Assembly: GCA_018433775.1 (NCBI GenBank)
Contig: JAHDQN010000034.1
Coordinates: 20,479-84,478, forward strand
Direction: 5' to 3'
From: Deltaproteobacteria bacterium
GTDB taxonomy: Bacteria; Desulfobacterota; Desulfomonilia; UBA1062
DNA length: 64,000 nt
A program made the translations under genes and the position numbers. The number at the start of each line of letters is the position of its first letter. Position 1 is the first letter of the stretch. This document shows positions 8,724 through 18,888 of this stretch, piece by piece. The notes under the pieces are model-generated. The model saw nothing but the letters and a program-made list of their open reading frames with translations, had not been told where the DNA came from and made no database searches.

Positions 8724-10843
8724 CGGCCTGCCTCGAACTCCTGCTCCGCACTGACGATCTGCCCGAATCCCAGGAGATTGACGAGCAGGCTGATGGTCGT
8801 CTCCCGCGGCCGCTCGCCTTCGCTCGGCTCCACCTCCCGGTAGAGGTCCACGCTCCAGCACTGGGACGCATATGAAAGGCCCTGCCGGGAGTGTTCATAT
8901 CTCCGGTCGAGAAAGTCATACTCGATCTCATAGCGGGCCGAGAACCCGCCGATAAGTTTGGCGTTCACGCCCGCGTAGGCCGACTTGGTCGCGTCCCCGG
9001 ACCGCTCCCGATCGTTGACGGCCGGCCGGATATACTCCTCGGCGGCATACAGCTCGTCGCCCCGGGCATCCCTGAGCGTGAGCCTGCTCCAGTGTTCGTG
9101 GGTGGCATAGGGGCGAAACGGCTCCCTGCCGAACCTGTTGGTGTGCTCTGCGCTGAACCAGGAAACCGGGTTCAGCCGCGCTCTGGCCTCGAAGAATTTC
9201 CAGTCGTCGTCGATGTAGCTGTAGCTTCGGCTTACGGTGAGCTCGGCCAGCGATCTTCCGGACGGGTCTCGCACATAGTTTTCCAGAGAGAGGTTCATGT
9301 CGAATTCCTTTTCCCAGTCGTCGTTCCCCAGGAGGTCGGGGAAGATGTCCAGGGGATCGTTCCGGTCATAGTTGCCGCCGTAACGGCTCAGGTAGACCCA
9401 CGAGACGCTGGGCACCACCTGGTGATACAGCCCGCCGGCAAACCGCTCGCTGTAGAGTGCGGTGGTCAGAAGGACGCTGCGCTCCTGCCAGTGCTCGCGG
9501 AAGGTGTCGTCTTCGAACACCTCCCGGTGATCGGTGATAAAGGTGTCCCGGTAGATCTCGGCAAACGAGGGCAGGACCGTAAGGTAGGGATACAGGCTTA
9601 TGGGCCACGAAAGCTCGATCTCCCCTTCGTTCTTGACCGCCTCGATCCAGTCACGGGAATACACGCGCACCGTGGTCAGATCCGAGGTGAGAAGGATCGG
9701 GGTATGGGGGATCTTCTGCGGTCTCATGCGCGCCCTGAGCCGGGGCAGCTCCTGCAGGGTCCTGTCGTTGTCCTCGACGGTGAGATCCTGTTTCCACTGG
9801 CCCGAGAGGTTCGCGCTGAACTTCCGGTTGGAGATGTTCCACTGAACTCGGGACACCAGCTCTTCCAGGTCGTCGTCATCTTCTAACCCCGCTGTTGTGG
9901 CGGAATCCTTCCACTCCTGCTCGTCTCCATAGAACGGGCCGATGTCGCGCAGATAGTCCGCATGGCTGACGAGGTTGATGTCCCACGTGAGGCTTCCGCC
10001 TGTCTGCCGGGCCTTGAAGAGCCACCGGTGATCCGGGATCCTGTCCTCGACCCCGCCTTGCATCACCTCGCCGCCCCGTTTGTCGAACAGGCTCTCCCCG
10101 TAGATGAATCCCTCCCTTTCCTCGTCGAGACGGTAGCGGAACTCTCCCGCCCACAGGAGACCGCGGTCGCTGAGATGCGTGGGGGTGACCGTCGCATCCA
10201 TGCTCCTGCCGAGCACGATATACAGGGGGATCTCGGTCCGGTAGCCGGTGTCGGTGGAATGGCCGAACCCGGGGAACAGAAGCCCGGACTGTCGCTCGAG
10301 CTTGAGAGGAAACAGGAGGTAAGGGACGTAGAGGATGGGGATGCTCCTCACCCTGAACCGGGCATTGTATACGCTCCCATAGCCTTCCAGCGGCGCATTG
10401 AGGGAGCCGGCGGCGATGGACCAGTCCGGCGGTTTGCCCAGGCACGGCGTATAGGTGATGCCCTCGCCCTCGTACACATCCTCCCCATAGCGGACAATGG
10501 TCCGGCCGGAGATGACGATGGGATCGGCATAGACAAAGACCGAGCCCTGCTCCAGGCGGAGGTCCTTCCTGCGGTTGTTGTAATAGAGGATATGGGCGTC
10601 CATCTCCCCGCCCTCTTCCTCCAGATGGCAGTCGCCCGCGGCCCATAAGTCCTCGGTCACGGTGTCGAACACCACATAGTTCGCCCTGAGCAGGATGCCC
10701 TCGCCCCGGACCACGACCCTGCCCGAAGCCTCGATCCTGTCCCCGCGCCGAACAACCTTCTCGGCCTCTACGTCGAGAACCTGGGCAAGGATATGGGCAG
10801 GCAGGAATACGCCGGCGAAAAATAGGATCAGAAACCTGTGCAT
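8720..10843 (-). CDS. lptD: LPS-assembly outer-membrane protein LptD (OstA family)
   Basis: Signal peptide MHRFLILFFAGVFLPAHILAQ. OstA-N-like beta-jellyroll (ASGRVVVRGEGILLRANYVVFD...), then an approximately 550-aa beta-barrel-type region. Start taken at ATG 10843 rather than the track start 10999, which lies inside folC. Confidence 0.85.
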   Translation of the reverse strand: MHRFLILFFAGVFLPAHILAQVLDVEAEKVVRRGDRIEASGRVVVRGEGILLRANYVVFDTVTEDLWAAGDCHLEEEGGEMDAHILYYNNRRKDLRLEQGSVFVYADPIVISGRTIVRYGEDVYEGEGITYTPCLGKPPDWSIAAGSLNAPLEGYGSVYNARFRVRSIPILYVPYLLFPLKLERQSGLLFPGFGHSTDTGYRTEIPLYIVLGRSMDATVTPTHLSDRGLLWAGEFRYRLDEEREGFIYGESLFDKRGGEVMQGGVEDRIPDHRWLFKARQTGGSLTWDINLVSHADYLRDIGPFYGDEQEWKDSATTAGLEDDDDLEELVSRVQWNISNRKFSANLSGQWKQDLTVEDNDRTLQELPRLRARMRPQKIPHTPILLTSDLTTVRVYSRDWIEAVKNEGEIELSWPISLYPYLTVLPSFAEIYRDTFITDHREVFEDDTFREHWQERSVLLTTALYSERFAGGLYHQVVPSVSWVYLSRYGGNYDRNDPLDIFPDLLGNDDWEKEFDMNLSLENYVRDPSGRSLAELTVSRSYSYIDDDWKFFEARARLNPVSWFSAEHTNRFGREPFRPYATHEHWSRLTLRDARGDELYAAEEYIRPAVNDRERSGDATKSAYAGVNAKLIGGFSARYEIEYDFLDRRYEHSRQGLSYASQCWSVDLYREVEPSEGERPRETTISLLVNLLGFGQIVSAEQEFEAGR

Positions 10844-11976
10844 ACCAGGGCTTCCCTGACTTCGCCGACCGTGTAGAACGACCCGGTGACCACGACCGCT
10901 TCGCCCGTGCCAAGAGCCTGATGAAAGGCCCGGGTAACGGTCTCGCACCGCACCACCCGCTCTCCGTCGAGGCACCCGGCCATCTCGGCGGGCCCCCACG
11001 ACCGGTCCGATTGGACCGGAGCGATGTAGATACGGCTGCAGGTCTTTTTCAGCAGCTCCATCATTGACTGAAAATCCTTATCCGCAAGCACTCCGAACAC
11101 CCCTACCCCATGAAAGGCCTTGTGTCCAAGATATTCCATGAGAACCGCCATGGCTGCGGGGTTATGGGCCACGTCCAGCGTCACCCTGTCTCCGATCTCC
11201 TCGATCCGCCCCGGGAGAAACGCGGTGTTCAGCGCATAGGCGACCTGCGCCCTGCCGGGACAAAAACCGAGCTCGCGGGCGGCTTGCAGGGCGAGGGCAG
11301 CGTTCATGGCCTGGCCCGACCCCTTGAGCGAGGTCCGCTCTTCGCAGGGTGTATCCACCACGTGGAGGACCGCGCCGATCTCTCCGGCATAGTTCCTGAT
11401 CACTTCCAGTGCTGCCCCGGTCGCGCTCGTGACCAGGGGCCTTCCCGCGCGGGCTATCCGGGCCTTTTCCCCGGCAATATCCTCCACCGTGGGGCCCAGA
11501 TACCCGGTATGATCCAGGGCTATGGGGGTGATGAGCGATACGGCCGGGTCCATGACATTGGCGGCATCATATCTCCCCCCGAGCCCGATCTCGAATATGC
11601 CGCAGTCGACCTTCTCCTGGGCGAACACGGTGGCGGCAAGGATCACGCACCACTCGAAATAGGTCAGGCCGATGTCCGCCACCTCGGGCTCGATCCGCTC
11701 CCGCACCCTTGTCAGCACGCCGCTGTCCACGTTGCGGCTGTCGATGCGGAAGCGCTCCGTGAAATCCGTCACGTGGGGTGACATGGTGGTGCCGACCGAG
11801 AGACCCATGCTCCTGAGGATGCGCTCGAGAAAGACGCAGGTGGAGCCCTTGCCGTTGGTCCCGGCCACGAGCACGTGCCGGTAAGACCGCTCGGGATGAC
11901 CCAGCCGGTCCAGGGCCTGCCTCACGCGGTCCAGGCCCAGGGACCACACGTTCTGCGGGATGTCTTTCAGAACCAT
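10828..11976 (-). CDS. folC: Folylpolyglutamate synthase/dihydrofolate synthase
   Basis: Mur-ligase P-loop VLVAGTNGKGST, FEIGLGGRYDA, ITPIALDHTGYLG. Start at ATG 11976 overlaps the accD stop by 10 nt. The stop overlaps the lptD start by 16 nt. Confidence 0.85.
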   Translation of the reverse strand: MVLKDIPQNVWSLGLDRVRQALDRLGHPERSYRHVLVAGTNGKGSTCVFLERILRSMGLSVGTTMSPHVTDFTERFRIDSRNVDSGVLTRVRERIEPEVADIGLTYFEWCVILAATVFAQEKVDCGIFEIGLGGRYDAANVMDPAVSLITPIALDHTGYLGPTVEDIAGEKARIARAGRPLVTSATGAALEVIRNYAGEIGAVLHVVDTPCEERTSLKGSGQAMNAALALQAARELGFCPGRAQVAYALNTAFLPGRIEEIGDRVTLDVAHNPAAMAVLMEYLGHKAFHGVGVFGVLADKDFQSMMELLKKTCSRIYIAPVQSDRSWGPAEMAGCLDGERVVRCETVTRAFHQALGTGEAVVVTGSFYTVGEVREALVCTGF

Positions 11977-12704
11977 CTCAGAAAAAAGGAAAGGGTGTCT
12001 CTCAGGTCGCGGCGCGGAACGATCCGGTCGATCAGACCGTTGGCGAGCAGGGTCTCGGCGTTCTGAAAATCCTCCGGGAGCTCCGAGCGCATCACGGTCT
12101 GAATCACCCGCGGGCCGGCAAAGCCGATGCGCGCCCTCGGCTCGGCCAGGAGAACATCGGCCAGGGCGGCAAAGCTCGCCGTGATGCCGCCGGTGGTGGG
12201 ATCCGTGAACACCGTGATCACGGGTGAACGGGTGATGCGGTCCCGCGCATGCACGGTTCTGAGCATCTGGAGCAGGCCCCAGATCCCCTCGTGGATGCGG
12301 ACGCCGCCCGAGGCGGTGAAAAAAACGAGCGGCAGGCCGGTCTCCCGCGCTGCATTCATGAGCTGAACGATCTTCTGTCCCAGCGCGACCCCCATGGAAC
12401 CGCCCTTGTGGGAAAAATCCATGACACCCAGCAGGCACGGCCTGCCGTTGATTGCGGCCTTCCCGGTCCTGATGGCGTCGTCGGAATCCTCGTCACCGAT
12501 GCGATCATTCGCGGCAAGATCCTCGAAGCTTCCCTCGTCGCAGAGCATGCCGATCCTGTCGCGCGCGCCGAGCCTGAAGTGATGATTGCAGTGGTGGCAG
12601 ACCCAGAGATTTTCCTGGAGCTTCCTGGTGATGATGATCTCGGCGCAGGAGGGGCACTCCACCCATCTCCCGTCTTTTTTCGCTACATCGAGAACTTCGC
12701 TCAA
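11967..12704 (-). CDS. accD: Acetyl-CoA carboxylase carboxyltransferase beta subunit
   Basis: N-terminal Zn ribbon CPSCAEII...VCHHCNHH, then a carboxyltransferase core (MDFSHKGGSMGVALGQKI...FFTASGGVRIHEG). TTG start forms a TTGA overlap with the upstream stop. Confidence 0.85.
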   Translation of the reverse strand: MSEVLDVAKKDGRWVECPSCAEIIITRKLQENLWVCHHCNHHFRLGARDRIGMLCDEGSFEDLAANDRIGDEDSDDAIRTGKAAINGRPCLLGVMDFSHKGGSMGVALGQKIVQLMNAARETGLPLVFFTASGGVRIHEGIWGLLQMLRTVHARDRITRSPVITVFTDPTTGGITASFAALADVLLAEPRARIGFAGPRVIQTVMRSELPEDFQNAETLLANGLIDRIVPRRDLRDTLSFFLRWF

Positions 12705-13456
12705 AACTCGAACACCTCCCCGCCGACTATATATGCAACATTCGGGGGGAGTTCTGCAACAACTTCGTCAAGGTACTTGGGTTTGATGTGATAGGCGATG
12801 ATACGGGCCGACGGGTCCATGCGGCCGTCGATCCCCTGCTTCAGGAGCAGTGGCGTAAGGTGGCGCGACAGCCGGGCGATCTCTTCCATCCGGTCGGGGA
12901 AAGAGACATCCACGAAAAACGCCTTGAGCCCTGCACCCCGTGAGAGCACAAGGTCGAAAAGCGCCGGGTCGAATCCGGTGTCTCCGCTGAAAATCACCGT
13001 AGAGTTGCCTTCCGATACCTCGTAACACAGAGAGCCCGGGATATGGTCCACCGGATGACCCGTTATGCTCAAGTCTCCGACGACGAACTCCCCGGGCGGG
13101 ACTTCGCTGAGCGTGATAAAGTCCTTATGGGCGTTGAGGTCACGGATCTCCGGCCAGATCATGCCGTTGAACACATTGCGGGTAAGGGCTTCCAGGGTCT
13201 GCCTGCTCGCCCAGATGACCACCCCGTGCGCGCTGCTGGAGAACAGGGTGTCCAGGACAAAGGGAAGCTCCTTGATATGATCGACGTGGGGATGCGTGAT
13301 GAGGATATGCCGGATGGCGCACACCGAGTCTGCGGAAAGGACCGAAGACACCGACCCGGCATCGATGAGTGTGTCGCGGTTGAGCAGGATGCTCGTGGTG
13401 TTGTATCCCGGCATCACCGAGCCGCTGCAACCGAGAATCTCTACTTTTATGGACAT
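12701..13456 (-). CDS. MBL-fold hydrolase, class II 3',5'-cyclic-nucleotide phosphodiesterase-like
   Basis: MSIKVEILGCSGS...ILITHPHVDHIKELPF (HxHxDH), ...FSGDTGF.... Start taken at internal ATG 13456. Confidence 0.7.
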   Translation of the reverse strand: MSIKVEILGCSGSVMPGYNTTSILLNRDTLIDAGSVSSVLSADSVCAIRHILITHPHVDHIKELPFVLDTLFSSSAHGVVIWASRQTLEALTRNVFNGMIWPEIRDLNAHKDFITLSEVPPGEFVVGDLSITGHPVDHIPGSLCYEVSEGNSTVIFSGDTGFDPALFDLVLSRGAGLKAFFVDVSFPDRMEEIARLSRHLTPLLLKQGIDGRMDPSARIIAYHIKPKYLDEVVAELPPNVAYIVGGEVFEF

Positions 13457-13568
13457 CCCACGTTTTCCCTTCCTTGTCCGTAGATTACACAAACGCAAAT
13501 TATCTTATCTCATCGGTAAGCCTCTTTCGAAACTGTAATGCATTTTCGTGAAATGGACGCCCCTTTGC

Positions 13569-14633
13569 TCAGGTTTTTTCCCGGTCTCCGGAGGCGAGCC
13601 TGGCGAGGCGGCTGACGTCCTGCGACCTCGTTCTCGGACACACCAGGATCGCGTCTTTGCCCTCGACCACCACGAGGTCGTTCAGTCCCAGGAGCACGAC
13701 CTTTTTCCGGGTTGCCCACACCACGTTGCCTGACGCGTCTTCCAGCAGGGTGTCTCCGCTGACCGTGTTGCCGTGCGCATCGCCGGGCATGATCCTGCCC
13801 AGGGCGTCCCACGATCCGATGTCGTTCCACCCGAATTCGGCCGGAATCACACCCACATCCGGGGCCTTTTCCATCACGCCGTAATCGATGGAAACGGCCT
13901 CGACCCTGTCATAGAACTCCCGGACGTCCTCGTCCCGGATCTCCGGCCTCTCGTTCATGGCCGAGAGAAGGGCGTGCATCCCGGGCAGATGGACCCTGAA
14001 CGCGTCGAGAATGGTATCCACCCGCCAGAGAAACATCCCGGCGTTCCACAGAAAGCCCTTTTCGATGTAGGTCTCCGCAGTCTTGAGATCGGGCTTTTCC
14101 CGGAAGGTGAGCACCCGGTGGAGACGGTGAGACGCGCCCCGGGCCGCAACCTCTCCCGGTGCGATATAGCCGTACCCGGTCTCGGGGTGGTCCGGCACCA
14201 TGCCCAGGGTGATGAGGAGGCGGGGATGCTCTCTCAATGCCTCGATCCCGAAGCCGATGGCAGCGGTGAACCCCTGCTTGTCCGATATCCAGTGGTCGGC
14301 CGGAAAGACCGCCATGACCGCATCAGGGTCCTTCCGTGCGATGGTCAGGGCCGCATAGGCTATACAGGGAGCAGTGTTCCGGCCCACGGGCTCGGCGAGG
14401 ACGTTTTCCCCGGGTATCTCGGGCAGGTGCTCGAGGACCCTGGCTGCGATCTGCTCGTTCGTGACGACATAGACCCGGGAGCTGTCCGCGATCTCGCGGG
14501 TGCGCTCGAAGGTGCTCCGCAGGAGGCTCCCCGCGGTGCCGAAGGAGTGGAGCTGCTTGGGATTGTCCGGTGTCGAGAGCGGCCACAGGCGCTCTCCCCT
14601 TCCCCCTGCCATAATGACTGCGTGAACCGCCAT
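13569..14633 (-). CDS. Mannose-1-phosphate guanylyltransferase (nucleotidyltransferase domain only)
   Basis: MAVHAVIMAGGRGERLWPLS..PKQL signature, FPADHWI, GYGYI. ATG 14633 is preceded by AAAGAGGTG. Confidence 0.85.
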   Translation of the reverse strand: MAVHAVIMAGGRGERLWPLSTPDNPKQLHSFGTAGSLLRSTFERTREIADSSRVYVVTNEQIAARVLEHLPEIPGENVLAEPVGRNTAPCIAYAALTIARKDPDAVMAVFPADHWISDKQGFTAAIGFGIEALREHPRLLITLGMVPDHPETGYGYIAPGEVAARGASHRLHRVLTFREKPDLKTAETYIEKGFLWNAGMFLWRVDTILDAFRVHLPGMHALLSAMNERPEIRDEDVREFYDRVEAVSIDYGVMEKAPDVGVIPAEFGWNDIGSWDALGRIMPGDAHGNTVSGDTLLEDASGNVVWATRKKVVLLGLNDLVVVEGKDAILVCPRTRSQDVSRLARLASGDREKT

Positions 14634-14775
14634 GTGATCACCTCTTTCAATCTTTGTCATAAGAAAAGCACAACCTCCCCTTTTGTAATATACCTCAATT
14701 ACCGGGTCAACCGGGCAAATCCCTGAAAAAACATTGACACCGGCCCTCCAGGTGTCCTAGAAAGTATCACCACAT

Positions 14776-15396
14776 ATGGCTTCCATCGTACAGTTCACCC
14801 AGGATTATCGGATTGCGATCTCGAGGGTTTGCGGCGCCCTCATCATCCTGCTGGTCCTGTTCTCCGGCCCGTCGTCTCCGAACAGCGGACTGTCATATCT
14901 CGACCTGGCCGTGGACTTCTTCGCCTTCATACTCGTCATCACAGCCGCCTTCGGGCGTCTCTGGGCGCTTGCCTACATCAGCGGCCACAAGACAAAGGAC
15001 CTCATCACCGAGGGCCCCTACTCCATGGTGCGAAACCCCCTGTATTTCTTCAGCCTCATCGGCGCCGTGGGCATCGGGATCATGACAAACAACGTGCTGG
15101 TATTCGGGCTCATCGTGATCCTCTTCGGCCTGTACTACCCCTTTGTCATCCGGGCCGAAGAGAACCACCTGCGCGAGGTCCATGGAGATGCGTTCGACAA
15201 GTACCGGGAGAAAACCCCCATGTTTCTTCCCAGGCCTTCCCTGTTCCGGGAGCCGTCCCATTACACCATCGACACCCGGCTTTTCAGGCGGGCGTTCTTC
15301 AGCGTCATGTGGTTTCCGCTCCTGTTCATGGTGCTCATTGTGATCGAACGCCTCCATCACACCGGCATCCTTCCGGTGCTTCTCACCGTTCCCTAG
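14776..15396 (+). CDS. Isoprenylcysteine carboxyl/phospholipid methyltransferase family membrane protein
   Basis: Multi-TM protein of 206 aa with LITEGPYSMVRNPLYFFSLIGAVGIG and EE..L...HGDAFDKYREKTPMF, typical of the ICMT/PEMT family. Confidence 0.7.
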   Translation: MASIVQFTQDYRIAISRVCGALIILLVLFSGPSSPNSGLSYLDLAVDFFAFILVITAAFGRLWALAYISGHKTKDLITEGPYSMVRNPLYFFSLIGAVGIGIMTNNVLVFGLIVILFGLYYPFVIRAEENHLREVHGDAFDKYREKTPMFLPRPSLFREPSHYTIDTRLFRRAFFSVMWFPLLFMVLIVIERLHHTGILPVLLTVP

Positions 15397-15470
15397 CTTG
15401 CATTGTCCCGCTACAATTTATATATAATCTCCAGTGAAGGATCAGAACCATACGCCTTGAAAGGGAGGAT

Positions 15471-16445
15471 ATGATGTTTCCCGAGCAGAGAGCCCGCAGA
15501 CTGAGGATAAAACCCGCAATACGAAGAATGGTGAGGGAGACCGGCATTTCGGTTGACGACCTCATCTACCCCCTCTTCATCAAGGAGGGCGAGTCCATCA
15601 AGGAATCTATCGACGCCATGCCGGGGCAGTTCCGGTATTCGCCCGACCGGCTCTCCGACGTGATCGGCGAGGTGGTGTCGCGGGAGATACCGGCGGTTCT
15701 GCTCTTCGGCATCCCCCGGAGAAAAGACAAGTTCGGCACCGAGGCGCACAAAAAAGACGGGGTGGTGCAGCAGGCAATCCGCAGGATCAAGGACGCGGCG
15801 CCCGATCTGCTGGTGATCACCGATGTCTGCCTGTGCGAGTACACGAGCCACGGCCACTGCGGCATCCTGGACAGAGAGGGTGCCGTGGAGAACGACGAGA
15901 CCCTGGAGGTGCTCGCAAAGGTTGCGCTGTCACATGCCAAGGCGGGCGCGGACATCATCGCTCCCTCCGACATGATGGACGGCCGGGTGGGCATCATCCG
16001 CGAGGCACTGGACGAGAGCGGGTTCGAATACACCCCCATCATGAGCTACTCGGCCAAGTATGCCTCGTCCTTCTACGGCCCGTTCCGCGAAGCGGCAGGC
16101 TCGGCCCCTTCCTTCGGCGACCGTAAGGGGTATCAGATGGACCCGGCCAACGTTCGCGAGGCCCTGCGCGAGATCCGGCTCGATGTGGACGAGGGGGCCG
16201 ACATCATCATGGTCAAGCCCGCGATGCCCTATCTCGACGTGATCCGCCTGGCTGCCGACGAGTTCGACGAGCCTTTGTGCGCCTATCAGGTCTCGGGCGA
16301 GTACGCCATGATCAAGGCCGCTTCCGCCAACGGGTGGCTCGCCGAAGACGCCTGCATCATGGAGAGCGTGCTCTCCATCAAGAGGGCCGGGGCGGATATG
16401 CTCATCACCTATTTCGCGTGCCGGGTCGCAGAGCTCCTCTCATGA
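15471..16445 (+). CDS. hemB: Porphobilinogen synthase (delta-aminolevulinate dehydratase)
   Basis: [36 protein letters not shown] metal site, [46 protein letters not shown]. Strong RBS AGGGAGGA. Confidence 0.95.
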   Translation: MMFPEQRARRLRIKPAIRRMVRETGISVDDLIYPLFIKEGESIKESIDAMPGQFRYSPDRLSDVIGEVVSREIPAVLLFGIPRRKDKFGTEAHKKDGVVQQAIRRIKDAAPDLLVITDVCLCEYTSHGHCGILDREGAVENDETLEVLAKVALSHAKAGADIIAPSDMMDGRVGIIREALDESGFEYTPIMSYSAKYASSFYGPFREAAGSAPSFGDRKGYQMDPANVREALREIRLDVDEGADIIMVKPAMPYLDVIRLAADEFDEPLCAYQVSGEYAMIKAASANGWLAEDACIMESVLSIKRAGADMLITYFACRVAELLS

Positions 16446-17431
16446 GTGCACCGCGCATCCTTGCATGGGAGACGACCACCTCCTGCAATCTCGACTGCCG
16501 TCACTGCCGGGCATCGGCCACCGCCGAGCCCAGGCCGGACGAGCTGACCACGGATGAAGGGCTTTCGCTCCTGCGCGAGGTCGGCGCCGCGGGCACCAGG
16601 ATGGTGATCCTCTCCGGGGGCGAGTCGCTGATGCGTTCCGACGTGTACGACCTCGCCCGGTACGGCACCTCTTTGGGCATGCGGATGACCCTTGCCACCA
16701 ACGGCTCCCTGGTCACCTCCGAGGTTGCCGGGCGGATACAAGAGTCGGGAATCGTGCGGGTGTCCGTGAGCCTCGACGGTGTCACCCCGGACATGCACGA
16801 CCGGTTCCGTGGCCGCGAGGGGGCGTTCGAGCTCGCGCTGTCCGGCATCCGCAGCCTCACCGACCAGGGGGTGCCGGTTCAGGTCAACACCACGGTCGCC
16901 GCGATGAACGTGAGCCAGATGGAGGCATTCCCCGCCTTTCTGGAGCCGCTCGGCGTCATGGCGTGGCATGTCTTCTTCCTCGTGCCCACGGGCCGGGGAC
17001 ATGACATGGAACCCGCCACCGTCAAGGAGTACCGCTCCATGCTCGAGGATTTCCACCGCGTGTACCGGACGTCCCGGATCGAGTGCAAGGCCACCTGCGC
17101 CCCGCAGTTCTACCGCATCCTGGCCGAGCACGGAGAGCCTGTGCACACACGGGGCTGCCTTGCCGGAAGCGGATTCGGCTTTGTCTCGTCCACGGGCGTG
17201 CTGCAGCCGTGCGGGTTCCTCCAGATTCCCTGCGGCAATGTCCGGGACAAAGGATTCTGCGCCGCCTGGGAGGAGTCCGATACCCTGCGCGTCCTGCGGG
17301 ACACCTCATCGCTCAAGGGAAAATGCGGAACGTGCGGCTACAAGGAGGTATGCGGCGGCTGCAGGGCACGCGCGCATGAAGTGATCGGCGATCTCACACA
17401 AAGGGACCCCATATGCTGGTTCAAGGGCTGA
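16442..17431 (+). CDS. Radical SAM/SPASM haem-biosynthesis enzyme of the AhbC/AhbD (NirJ) family
   Basis: SCNLDCRHC (CX3CX2C) near the N-terminus. C-terminal [22 protein letters not shown]-type cluster. ATGA overlap with the hemB stop. Followed by an AhbA/B-like gene. I cannot separate AhbC from AhbD by eye. Confidence 0.75.
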   Translation: MSAPRILAWETTTSCNLDCRHCRASATAEPRPDELTTDEGLSLLREVGAAGTRMVILSGGESLMRSDVYDLARYGTSLGMRMTLATNGSLVTSEVAGRIQESGIVRVSVSLDGVTPDMHDRFRGREGAFELALSGIRSLTDQGVPVQVNTTVAAMNVSQMEAFPAFLEPLGVMAWHVFFLVPTGRGHDMEPATVKEYRSMLEDFHRVYRTSRIECKATCAPQFYRILAEHGEPVHTRGCLAGSGFGFVSSTGVLQPCGFLQIPCGNVRDKGFCAAWEESDTLRVLRDTSSLKGKCGTCGYKEVCGGCRARAHEVIGDLTQRDPICWFKG

Positions 17432-17581
17432 GCGCGGTCTGCGCGGCGACGGCACGTGAGGTAGGGCGGATGCGCCCCGGTGCATCGGGAGCTTCAGGTG
17501 CAGGGAGGCACGTGTCGCATGGATAACACGGGCAACGGCAAAACGGGCAAGCATGCCCCGGATACGGATGCCGCGGGCTGC

Positions 17582-18058
17582 ATGGATCATATCGACCGGA
17601 AGATCCTCACCCTCATCAGCGGGTCCTTTCCGCTAACGGAACGCCCGTTCCGCTCGATTGCGGAGCAGGCCGGGATCACGGAGGACGAGGCTGTGGAGAG
17701 GGTCCGCCGGCTCAAGGAAACCGGCGCGATTCGGAGAATCGGTGCCGTCATCAGCCCCCGGAGCCTGGGATGGTACTCCACGCTCTGCGCCGCCGAAGTG
17801 CCCCAGGAACGGATCGACGAGTTCGCCTCGCTGGTCAACGCCTACGGCCAGGTGACGCACAACTACGTGCGTTCCGGGCACCCCAACTGCTGGTTCACCC
17901 TGATCACGCCGGACAAGGCGCAGGCGGAAAGGATCATCCGCGAGATCGGGCAGCGGCTTGGGATCGACATCCTCGATCTCCCTGCCCGGTGCGTCTTCAA
18001 GATAAACGTTTCATTTGATTTCAGCGAAAAACAGGAAACCCCTCCCGGGAGCGGCTGA
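17582..18058 (+). CDS. Siroheme decarboxylase subunit-like (AhbA/AhbB, NirD/L/G/H; AsnC/Lrp fold)
   Basis: MDHIDRKILTLISGSFPLTERPFRSIAEQAGITEDEAVERVRRLKETGAIRRIGAV...YGQVTHNYVR..HPNCWFTL is the typical family pattern. Start at ATG 17582. Upstream in-frame ATGs exist at 17519 and 17480. Confidence 0.75.
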   Translation: MDHIDRKILTLISGSFPLTERPFRSIAEQAGITEDEAVERVRRLKETGAIRRIGAVISPRSLGWYSTLCAAEVPQERIDEFASLVNAYGQVTHNYVRSGHPNCWFTLITPDKAQAERIIREIGQRLGIDILDLPARCVFKINVSFDFSEKQETPPGSG

Positions 18059-18094
18059 ACGCTGTCGGGAAGGGTTGCTCCGCTCGGGAAGCCC

Positions 18095-18130
18095 CCCTCT
18101 CGCGCGAGAGCAGGCGCGGGTCTTTTTTTC
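18095..18130 (+). terminator. Putative intrinsic terminator after the ahb genes
   Basis: GC-rich imperfect hairpin (CTCTCGCGCGAGAG palindrome / GCAGGCGCGGG) immediately followed by TCTTTTTTT. Located between convergent genes. Confidence 0.4.
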
Positions 18131-18139
18131 AGGAAGTGA

Positions 18140-18625
18140 TCACCTCTTTTTCAGCAGCCGGGAGAAGATGCCGTTGTCGGAACCTGTCGATTTCGCAAGA
18201 GCTTCTTCATAGCCGATGATGGTGAAATAGATGGCCCGGTCGAAGAACAGGACGACCTTGTTGTTCATCTCAAGTGCCTGGTAGCATTCATAGGTCGAAT
18301 CAAAGAACTGATTTTCCCTGACATAGAGCCAGAGGTACCGCTTGATGATCATCAGGGCCATGACCACTTCATGCAGGGGGATCCCTTCTCCGAACCTTCT
18401 CTTTCCCAGATCGCTGTAGTACTTCTGTACCTCGCCGGTGTGCTTCTTCTTGTTGAGCCACGAGTCGAGCCTGCTGTATACATCGTAAATCCGGTCACGA
18501 ACAAGGTCCTCCGGAAGCGTCCGGTAGCTCTTGGTTTCTTCCCTGGTGAGCAGGTCCTTGCATACCCTGTTGGTCAGCTCGCCCGCGTTATCCTCGATCA
18601 GCTTGATCAGTCTGGAATAGATCAT
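18140..18625 (-). CDS. Hypothetical cytoplasmic protein, RsbRD-N/globin-sensor-like helical domain
   Basis: 161-aa ORF with strong RBS GGGGAGAGAGG. All-helical composition. The family call rests on weak recollection of RsbRD N-terminal domain proteins. Confidence 0.5.
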   Translation of the reverse strand: MIYSRLIKLIEDNAGELTNRVCKDLLTREETKSYRTLPEDLVRDRIYDVYSRLDSWLNKKKHTGEVQKYYSDLGKRRFGEGIPLHEVVMALMIIKRYLWLYVRENQFFDSTYECYQALEMNNKVVLFFDRAIYFTIIGYEEALAKSTGSDNGIFSRLLKKR

Positions 18626-18888
18626 CCTCTCTCCCCTTCCTTTTTCAATCTTTCAAAAAAACGGCCACACTGTGCCCGATCACGTATTTATATTATAAAA
18701 ATCATTATTCCCAATTGCAATATCCCAACTGATATTTCCGTTATCCGTCAGGAGCCGAGCGGCTTGATATCCCGCTTGTGAGCAGTATCCTTTACCCATA
18801 TCAAGGGCGGAATATTTCATTTTCACAAGGTTATTCGCGTACACCGGGGAGCATTGGAGGCTCCGCGGGTGATCGGCCGGAAAGAATA

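Noticed and set aside
10828-12438. Track-extended N-termini: folC to 12438, lptD to 10999, HD to 8861, arnB to 43005, GT39-2 to 45034, GT39-3 to 58236, TVP38 genes to 39801 and 53412, H+-ATPase to 36058.
   Set aside because: The extensions run deep into the upstream gene, are Arg/Gly-rich and lack homology. Internal starts with an RBS, or 4-nt stop/start overlaps, give family-typical N-termini.
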